DNA from: Paraspadella gotoi
Taxonomy: Eukaryota > Animalia > Chaetognatha
Direction: 5' to 3'
DNA: 64,000 nt
Assembly: GCA_051294375.1 (NCBI GenBank)
Contig: CM119266.1
Span: forward strand, 15,862,018-15,926,017
Made by a program: the position numbers and the translations under genes. The notes below the pieces were generated by a model. That model was not told the origin of the DNA, made no database searches, and worked only from the letters and a program-made list of their open reading frames with translations. Positions 54,728 to 64,000 of this stretch are shown one piece after another; the first letter of the stretch is position 1; each line of letters begins with the position of its first letter.

Positions 54728-55999
54728 TCATTTTCGAAGATCTCTGACTTTTCGACCATCTTGTGAAACAAACCAAACGGAACCCAGAACTATCACTTCC
54801 ATCACTCTACTAAGCTGAGTAAGAGAGTACCCGATCAAGAAGGCCAGAACCCACCGAACTTTGAGAAAACAAATCATCCGAGCCGCATCTTTGGCAGCCT
54901 GAACTGATCTTGCAAACTTCTTATCATTCTGTCCTCAAACGAAAGCAAGGATGTAGTCGAAAATTTTCTTTTTGCTCTTGAAACCTCGGCTTGCAATTGA
55001 AAATCAAAAAGTCACATTTTGGGGTCGACACAAGTCCGCGCAGGTTTGTTGCCTTTCCAAACTTTTTTTACACCCGGTGGCGACAATAATCAGCCAAGGA
55101 AGTTTGCTTGTCGGGAAGCATATCTTTCCACTTATGCACCATAGCGGTCAATCCTTAAGCTCGTATTTCGCAAAGAGCATCATAGAACGTTTCCCAGCAT
55201 CCCTCTGTCTTGTTCAGTGTGGTTCATAAGCAGACGTCCTCGGCAGTGATTTGTGTTGTGATGGAATGATAGGGTTTGATGCCCGGTGGATATTGGTCGG
55301 GTGTGATCTTGCTCCGCTCGGTGACAGGTGAAAGTTCAGTTGAACAGGGTTTGTTGGCGGATGCTTATTTCTTTCATAAAGAAGAAATTTTAAAAGCGAC
55401 GATTCGGAATGATGCTCAATTGGGCTCGAAGACAATGAAAACATCGAGTGACTTGGATTTTTGTTCCAAATTAGGACCTAAAAGTATTAAGAGTACCACC
55501 AAAAGTTTAAACGCTTTCATTTATACATTTAAATTTATTTTTCAGTCACTCACGCCATTCGGTCAGTCCTTGAACTCGGTGGCACCATCCAAAGGAGCCG
55601 GAAATATCTTGTACCTGTCCATTTGAAAAAGCTTGGTCAAATGCATTGTGAGATTGTAGCTTTGCGAAGGTTTGCCCGGGATCCCAGCAACCTCGATCCT
55701 TGTGTCCTCGTATTCCTCGACCTGCAGTTTTGCGTCGGGCGCGCAGAGGACGAAGCGAGGGAACTTTCCTTGCGAATGATCCATCGACCTCCGCTCGACG
55801 ACAATTTGATTTTCCCCCTCCAACGGAGATTTCGTAGTCGACGTAAGGCGGGTCTCGGAACTTAATGACGAGGATGTAGACCGCGTAAAAGCATACCTCC
55901 ATAGAGGCCGCCGTGAACTAAGGATCCAGAAAATCTTTGCACCTTCGACGTCGAGGCCTTGGAGATGAATTTAAAAAGCGCTGGATCGATGGAGGTCAT
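54728..55999 (-). CDS. DEG/ENaC-family channel subunit, paralog 2; frameshifted as assembled, one probable intron 55478-55553
   Basis: MTSIDPALFKFISKASTSKVQRFFWI...VCFYAVYILVIKFRDPP (TM1), GKFPRFVLCAP, PFGWCH (GxC), thumb end CADLCRPKC, TM2 MRLDDLFSQVGGFLAFLIGTSLLSLVE after bridging indels. GTGAGT donor and TTTTAG acceptor bound a 76-nt intron. The 3' end is approximate. Confidence 0.78.
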
Positions 56000-56597
56000 G
56001 CTAATGCGGCGGAAAGAATTTGGCCAAACAATTAAATTTGAATTCGAATTAATAACTCAGCGTTAGTTCATAGCAAAGCGTATGAATAATCGATATAGTC
56101 AATATATTTCAATACAAAAAATATAAATCAAATAGTTTGTTCTTCATTATTACTTTTCTATGCGCGAAGAAAAAATGATAATTAAAATTTAATTTTGCCT
56201 CCATTTCCATTAAATGGTGGAGAAAAGTAATCGAAAATCGTCATGGTTTTTCCAAGCAATTTCCGTAATACGTATCTCCACGTTCTTAATCGAAATAAAT
56301 CTCATTTATTGATTTCTTTAGAATAGATAGATAGATATCTAGAATCCGTTCCACTTCCCAGTGACAGTTTTGAAAACCCTGAAAAACGATCGATTAAAGG
56401 AACAAACAAAAAATGAGTTTTTGTATTAGTTTGGCACTACCCGAATTATCTCTCTAATTTCATTTCCACTTATATCAAATAATTCTCTGTTTTTACTATC
56501 CCTGTCTCTCTCTCTCCGTTCTCCTCTCTCTTCTCTCTCTCTTCCTCTCTCATCTCTCCTCTCTCTCTCTTCTCTCTTCTTCTCTCTCTCCTCTCTC

Positions 56598-58565
56598 TCA
56601 CTTACTCGCATAAACCCACCCACGCCGCTGTTTCTGGAATGCTCTACTTCTCTTCACCCCCATACACGGGCGATAGGGGCCGATTTTCCTTTCATGGTGT
56701 TCATGGGCCGAGATTCTATGGAGCAGCGAGGAGCAACTGGCCATAAAAAAGATCCACCTTCCGATCGCCTCCATCGTGGAATGCGCGTCCCCCGCGTTCG
56801 CGAAGAGGCAGCGGTTGGGGCTGGCGGACGAGGTGGGCTCCAAGACGATTGAAAAAGGGTATTGAGCGTTGATGGACTCGAAGAGAGGGTTTGGGGCCTG
56901 CGATGGGTTTGCCCATTGTGAGAAAGAGGATTCGCTTCAAAGGTTCGGCAATAAATATCGGCGCTCAGGGCGCTGTCGGTCTTAATCGTCCGTCGTCGTC
57001 GTATCTTTCCTTCTCTGGCGAGAAGTGGGGACGCTGTGAAAGGGAATCGGCGCGCCCCTGCGGCGACAAAAGAAAAAAAATTCAGTTTTGAAAAAAAAAA
57101 AACTGCGAACAGAAAAAATTTAAAAATATGATGGATCAGGAAAATAATCTTGACAAAAATAAGTTTATGAGAGTTGGACTGATAGAGAAAAAGAAAAGAC
57201 AGACCGACACAGACAGATAGACGTAATCAAACAAAGCGAAAGAGAGAGACGAAAGAGAGAGAGAGAAGAGAGAGAGAGAGAGAAGAGCGAAGAGAGAGAC
57301 GAGATTTTCTCTCCCGAAGCGCAATAACTGGCTTTGTTTCCTCCTAATCCATAATTCTCCAATCCTCGAGTCCAGGACAATAAAAAACGAGGCAGATTCA
57401 AATCATATCACCTCTCCCTTCTGCGTTTTCCCGATTCCTCTCATTCCCCTTTTTTCTTCTTCTTTCCTTTCTTGCTCTTTTACTTCTCCACCTGCCTCCT
57501 ATTGCTCTCCCTCCTGCCTTTTTTCTGACACCTTTCTTCTTCTTTCTCCCTCCATCCCCCCTTATTGTCTGGAATCCTCACATTCACTTCCAATTCAACT
57601 GGCCTCTATTGTGTCTGTCCAGCGACGGTCTCCCCTCCCTTTTTCTTGGATGGGCCGGGTAGAGAGAAAGAGAGAGAAGAGGAAGAGGAGAGAGGAGAGA
57701 GAGAGAGGAGAAGAGAGAGAGAGAGACTGAAAATGGACTACTTACTAACCATTTGTTCCCGCGTTGAAATCACATAATCTCTTGTATTTACGACTGGAGA
57801 AGGAAGCAAGGCAATCTGCAGAATCCATCGGACGTTGAGGCGGGAGCGAAAAAAAAAAAGATTCCGAGCAAAAAAGCAGGTCTGTACACATGCAAAAAAG
57901 TGAACGCGGATTGAAAAAAAACGACTAGCGGCGAAATTGGTGATAAAGTGTAGGAATTGTGTAGCTGTGTACTGTGTAATTGTCTGGTCCAGCCTAGTGC
58001 CACGCCACACTAAATTGTCTTTTTTCCAAGCTCTGTCCAGTAAAAGATTGGCAATTGGCAATTATAATAAAAATATTTCCTTTCAAGATTAATAATTTGA
58101 ATCTGAAATCTAAATTACTTTCAAACTCTCCCTCTATTTTTAGCTACAAACAACTATCACCCTTTTATTTTTTATTGTAATTATTCTACTACAAAACTAT
58201 TAATTATAATAAAAGTATTTAATATTAACTTTTATGGATAAGAAAGGAGAGATGAAAGAAGCATATGATATTTCCCTCGGAGAGAGGGCGGCCCTCGGTG
58301 GCTAAGGGATGCTATGACCGAATCACCGGAATAAGAATCTCGGGTGAACTCGAAGCGAATTCGAATCCTTCCCGAGCACAGAATCGAAAAAAAGACGAGA
58401 TCGAAAACTCTAATTCTGATCGTGTTACATTTATATAATTGCTTAAAACAATGTCAAATGGATATAAGGACTTACCATTAACAACAAAGTTTTATCCCTA
58501 AATCTCTCAATGAGCGTTATTCTCGAGGCAATAAAGACGATAATACAATGCCGACTACAAATACA
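56598..58565 (-). CDS. Candidate exons of an unidentified gene
   Basis: 58565-58476 is a 90-nt fully open segment between TTGCAG and GTAAGT (CICSRHCIIVFIASRITLIERFRDKTLLLM). An open frame at about 58030-57750 ends at GTTAGT. An acceptor at 57058 leads into a GC-rich coding-like block. No family recognised. Confidence 0.3.
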
Positions 58566-59560
58566 CTGCAAGAATTTTTATTGAATTACTCAATTTTTTT
58601 TTCCGATTTATTTTAAATCAAGAAATATAATCGATATACAGTTAAATATCATCGCAAAGAAATGGACCAGTAATGGATTTTGATAGACGCAAATGGTTTG
58701 CCTCTCTTAGGCTTTATATTAAATAATTATAAAATAGCACAAAGTACCTATTAACCAATATTACCTCTGAAACCTGATCGCAATTATCTTCTCTTTCTCT
58801 CCTTTCTCTCTCTCTTTCTCTCTCTTCTCTCTCCTCTCTCTCTCTATCTCCATCACCCATGTCAAGATCCTCCAGAGGTTTGGACCTTCTCGACCTTCGA
58901 CCTCCTTGAACCGTCGGCCGGCCCCTTCTTACCCCTCCCCCCCCAACCACGCGTCGTCCACCCTGGGGATGTTTTGACTCGTGATGGATTAACCTCCTCA
59001 CGGGAATCAAAATCTGGGTGAGAAACTCGAGACTTACCCGCGACTTCGGCGGAGGGAAAATTCACTGGACGAATAGAGAGCGATGGTTGTTGGTAGTGGA
59101 TCGTTGGTTGTTGTTGTTGTGGGATGGGTCGGAACCGAAATTTGGTATAAGTTTTGTTCGACTTAAATTTAGAAGGGTCGAAACTTTCCAAAAATGTTTC
59201 CGGAAAATTTGTTAACTAATGAACGGCTACTTGAAATTTAGGATAAAAGAATTTCCATAGTATGAAAGGCTACAAATTATTTTCGCCAACTAAAGTCACT
59301 TTTTTACCTTCATTTTTTTCGAACATCCAAATAAAATGAAGAAACTTCTTTTTATCTACGGCTCATAACGAGAAAAGCGGGGGAGGGATGGGGGAATAAC
59401 TTTTCCACCGAGTTCTTCTCAAGGTTTTAGAAATCAAATTTCTCGCGATCAATCACCCACATTTTTTTCGGGAAGAAAATTCGGCGTGAAATCTTAACGA
59501 TGGCGGAAGCATATTAAGTTGTTACGTCTTTAAAGGGATTTCTTGGTTGAACTCTCTTCT

Positions 59561-59599
<39 letters not shown>

Positions 59600-60696
59600 G
59601 TCTCTTCATCTCTCTTCTTCCCTCTCTCTCTCGTGATACCACAGGTGGTTTGGGAGATGAAAAAAAAATTAACATCCCGCACGAACTTCTACTCTATAAA
59701 ACGCGCTTCTTGCTTAAAGGTAATAAAATAATTTCTCTCGCGCGATGAGTCAATTAAAAAAAAAAAAGAAAAAACGAAAAGAGTTTTCCCGTAAAGTCCT
59801 ACCTGTTCTCGCTTAAATGAGAAGTCAGATCTCGATTCAATTATCGGTACTGCAAGAGAAATAATTCGATTTTTCACGAACTTTTTTCCTTTCGAGACTT
59901 TCATAGTTAAATCAAAACATGAAAAGTTAAGTGACGTTTAAAGAAAAGGCGGCCCACTTATTGTAAATACGAAAGACGGGCGCGAGGCCAGGGGGGAAAA
60001 AAACTAAAGAACAAACATTATGACAGGTAACAAAGTTTTTCGCGATAATGAGGTATAGCACAGAGCACTTTGCCGTCGCTGCTTATCAGACAGATTCTAT
60101 CGCGAAACATGAAATTTTCCTGTGTATTGTCGGTCGCCCTCGTCGGGGTTGTCGTTAGGGCAAGTCGCAAGCCAAATGCCCGCTCAATTATGTGACCGGC
60201 CCTAGAAAAACTTTTGCTTNNNNNNNNNNNNNNNNNNNNNNNNNAATGAGAGAGATGCAGATATGAATTGCTGTCTGAATCCTTAATAAAAAATTTCTTT
60301 GGACGATTAATGAAAAGTATTTTTGCCTATTCTCTCTCTATATCGTCTCTCTCTCTCTCTCCTCGCTCTAAATCCCAATGGCTCGCCTAAAAAAAAAATT
60401 AGGCGTGAGTCACAAATTCAAATCTCTCTCCTCTTCTTCTCTCTCTCCCCTCTCGCTCATTCTCTTCATCTGTCTCTCTCATCTCCTCTCTCTATCATGC
60501 GATCTTAACCGGCGAGAAGTATGTCCTCTGTTTTTCTTTATTTATTAGATGTTTATTCCTTTTTTTTTGGCTTCGTGGTTTTTTCTTTTTCATTTTCCTT
60601 TTCGGTCGCATTTCAACGACGTTCAAACTTTGACCCTCAAAATCAAATATTCCCGCGTCGCAGACTCGCGTTTCCAATCGAGACTCAATTCGCCGC

Positions 60697-61450
60697 GGCG
60701 CTCTCACTCTCTACGTGGCGCTCTCACTCTCTACGTGGCGCTCTCACTTTAAACACGGCGCTCTCACTCTCTACATAGCGCTCTCACTTTAAACACGGCG
60801 CTCTCACTCTCGTAGGCGTGGCGGCTCTCACTTTAAACAACAGGGCGCTCTCACTCTCTATGTGGCGCTCTCACTTTAAACACGGCGCTCTCACTTTAAA
60901 CACGGCGCTCCTCACTCTCTCCGTGGCGTTCTCACTTTAAAACGCGGCCCACTCACTCTCTACGTGCGCTCTCACTTTAAACACGGCGCTCTCAACTCTC
61001 TACGTGGTGCCTCTCACTTTAAACGGCGGCGCTCTCACTCTCTACGTGGCGTTCTCACTTTAAACAAGGCGCTCTCATCTCTCTACGTGGCGCTCTCACT
61101 CTCTACCTGGCGCTCTCACTTTAAACACGGCGCTCTCACTCTCTACGTGGCGCTCTCACTTTAAAACACGGCGCTCTCACTTTAAACACGGCGCTCTCAC
61201 TCTCTCCGTGGCGTTCCTCACTTTAAACGCGGCCACTCACTCTCTTACGTGACGCTCTCACTCACTTAAACTATCGTGCGCTCTCACTCTCTACTGGGTC
61301 TCTCACTTTAAAGCGGCGCTCCTACTCTACATCGTCTCACTTTAAACAAGGCGTCTCTCACTCGTACGTGCGCTCTCACTCTCTACGTTGGCGCTCTCAC
61401 TTTAAACCACGGCGCTCTTCACTCTCTACATTAGCGCTCTCATTTAAACC
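60697..61450 (+). repeat. 20-bp two-variant minisatellite (about 37 units)
   Basis: Units GGCGCTCTCACT-CTCTACGT and GGCGCTCTCACT-TTAAACAC are interspersed. Confidence 0.93.
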
Positions 61451-62195
61451 TCTCCTGCTCTCTATTCCTGTGCTTATCATTCGCTATTGCTAGCACTCAC
61501 TACTTTAACTCAAAGAACTGTGTCTTTTTTATCGCTTTCTTACTCTAACTTTTACGTGATGGTTCTTCCCTCTATTCTGCCCTCTCTCTCAATATGGCTC
61601 AATCACCAAATTAATTATCTAATTTTGCCAGCCAGCCTTTATTAAAGTTTAATTTTTTTCCCACAAAAGTCGGTTCAACTATTTTAAACAGGTCTTTCCG
61701 TTTCATTTCGGCCGTTTACTAATTCGTTTCTTTTCTTTTCTTTCTATTGCTCTCTAAATTGTAAACACTGAGAAATTGTATTTTGTTTTTTTAAATTATT
61801 TTAATTAAATCGAGCGATGAAAAATATGACAAATAAATTGTTCTTTAAAAACTTAAACAATAAACATAGTATATGTCGAACATATATATTTTTGAAACAA
61901 ACGTTAGAAAAAAGCTTTGTAAAAAAGAAAGGTTTTCGCGTCGCGTCGGCTCGAGATATTTTCGACGGCAATTCTCTTCCAACCATAAACATCTCCATAA
62001 CACTAAAAATAAATAATTGAGGAAGGGTGAAGGTTTTGAAGAAATGGCAGAAACGGGGGGAGGGAAAGGGGGGGGCGGCGGTCGTAAGCAAGAATCGCGC
62101 ATTCTGGGTTTTCGGCCATCAATTTGACCGATGACCGTGACAGTTATTTCTCTCTCTCTTTTATCTCTCTTCTCTCTCTCTCTCTCTCTTCTTCT

Positions 62196-62229
<34 letters not shown>

Positions 62230-63891
62230 GCCGCCGACAGAGAAACCAATTTCGCCAAAAGGAGAAAAAAGTGATTTTTGAGTCTGACAAAGTGAAATGG
62301 ACGGAGAAAAGGAAAAAGAGAGTGGAAGAGGGAGAGGGAGAAAAAGGCTAAAGATCCCATCCTTGAACATTGGACCCCGTTTCGTTGCTCTTGACGACGA
62401 AAAACGCGCGCCAATTGTTTGGTCACCATCGGGTGAAGGGGGAGAGAGGGGGCGGAAGCGTCTAAAGGGGGGGAGTAGATTTTAAGGTAGAAGAAACGAT
62501 GTGAAAATACTCTCACAAATCCTCCAGATTCTGAGGAATAGATTTAAGTTTAACTTTAAGGTTCATCCGAAAAATAGAAAACACCTTAGACGTGCATTCC
62601 CGAGATTGTGCGTGCCGGCAAAACCGTGATGGGGGGATTCGGGAGGCTGGGTCGAGGGCGCGGTCGCGTCGTGAGAGAAATTTCCGTCAGGTCAAAGCGA
62701 CGGGAAATTTCGAGCGGCGACGACGAACGACGTTTCCACGTTCGACGTGTTTATGTCGACACAATTTCGCGGGGTCACCCTCGAACGCGCCTTTCGCTGC
62801 AGAGGCACCCCTTTCGTGTCTCCCCACCAACTCGCCCTCTATTCGACTCAGACTCACTTCTTCGACATTTTTTTAGAGAAAAAAAAATTTCACTCACCTC
62901 TCAACTATTTAACATACAAAATTACTTACATCATATTTTTTTTTTCAATATGAACCTAAAAGTTAAATGTCGTCTAGTTTTAAATCGAAGTCGTATCGTT
63001 TTTTATTTGTTTAATTTTTTTTTTCTTTCGTTCTACATTGAAATATGAAACGCCTTTTTTTATTTTTCCAAATTTTAATTCTCGTAAACTGCATCCCGGA
63101 AAGGCCGAGCACCTGCAAATCTAGTCATTTCTGCACCCGACACAAGTAATCTAAGACAAAATCAATACGCCTCCCCCCCCCAAAAAAAAAATGATTTATA
63201 AATTTGATTGCGTCCCCGTTTTGTCTCCAAAGCCCGGATCTTAAAATCTGCTGCATTCGTAAAAAGCCTTTTCATCTCTGCCTGAAAGACAAGGCCGAGT
63301 GCCCCAAGTACAAATGCGCCAAATGTTCTTCGCCGTCGATTCCACGCGCCTCCTCGTCTTCGCAGCGACGATCGCCTCCGTGGGCCGTCGGGATGCTTTA
63401 AAGGGCGGGACGCGGGGATACAATCGGCCTGGACTCAATACCTTGAAATCTAACGTAGTCTATTTGAGGAAACAAGTTGTATAATATTATATATATATTG
63501 TGTAATGTACAATAATTATTATGAATTCGGTTTTGTTCCGTATCGTAATTTGTATTGTTATATTTTGAAAGACAATGGATTAAAGGAAAGAGTGCGCCTA
63601 CGTAGAATATTTAAAACGTGCCGGAAATTTTACAAAGCGAAATTAGAATATTATAATTTTTAAATGAAAAAAAAAGATAATGTTTAATTCTGAATCTCTG
63701 ATTCGGATGAAATACAAAGTGATCCGAAATGAAATTGCTTGCGTGCATTGCGGAGAATGCGTAAAATAAAATTTTTAGCGTTTTAACTCATGTCTTACGT
63801 TTTAAAAATTACAAACTACTAAAATTTAAATTCAATTTAAACGATTTCTTTCTGGTAAAATCTTTACATCATTTCTTACGGTAACAAGGCT

Positions 63892-64000
63892 CTACTTCTC
63901 TCCCCTCACGACTGGTTTTCTTCTTTGACGCCTTGGATTTTCGATTTCCTCTGACGTCCGCTCAGCGCGCTGCTGCATTTTTTGACGAGGAATTCTAGAA
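63892..64000 (-). CDS. 3' end of a second copy of DEG/ENaC paralog 1 (runs off the window)
   Basis: Near-identical to 51451-51560 (FLEFLV...WADVRGNRKSKASKKKPV...GEK*) but with different single-base indels; lies in the 60275-64000 duplicate block. Confidence 0.7.
   Translation of the reverse strand, partial: SRIPRQKMQQRAERTSEEIENPRRQRRKPVVRGEK

Larger units (their letters stand above)
60275..64000 (+). repeat. ~4-kb segmental duplication, copy B (continues off window)
   Basis: Begins about 30 bp after the 25-N gap 60220-60244; collinear with 47470-51560. Confidence 0.92.

Noticed and set aside
60037-60108. 70-nt segment with 10-bp inverted ends containing let-7-like (TGAGGTA) and miR-21-like (GCTTATCAGAC) words
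   Set aside because: Inner pairing is poor, the seeds do not match fully, and miR-21 is vertebrate-restricted; probably chance.
60697-61450. CRISPR-like repeat-spacer appearance
   Set aside because: The constant part is only 12 bp, the 8-bp 'spacers' are two recurring variants, there are no cas genes, and the context is eukaryotic.

Overview
Eukaryotic (animal, probably invertebrate) draft-genome window. It is AT-rich with CpG-rich patches, short GT-AG introns, dense (GA)n/(GTC)n microsatellites and ten N-gaps. Stretches of indel-rich sequence look like uncorrected long-read fill. Most ORFs in the supplied track are microsatellite artefacts. Coding content read by hand: (1) a complete 7-exon SLC16/monocarboxylate-transporter-family MFS gene on the minus strand (4812-7310, about 430 aa); (2) a cluster, hidden by frameshifts, of three closely spaced head-to-tail DEG/ENaC-family channel genes (51451-55999) that appear to have a strongly shortened finger domain, plus the 3' end of a duplicate copy at the window edge. 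Also present: a Tc1 transposase remnant, a 600-bp foldback MITE, a hAT-like insertion with a near-perfect 8-bp TSD in only one copy of a local duplication, a 5'-truncated tRNA-Leu copy, a two-variant 20-bp minisatellite, and three kb-scale duplications. Two of the duplications start at 25-N gaps and are probably assembly or haplotype artefacts. No database searches were run; family calls rest on recognised motifs.
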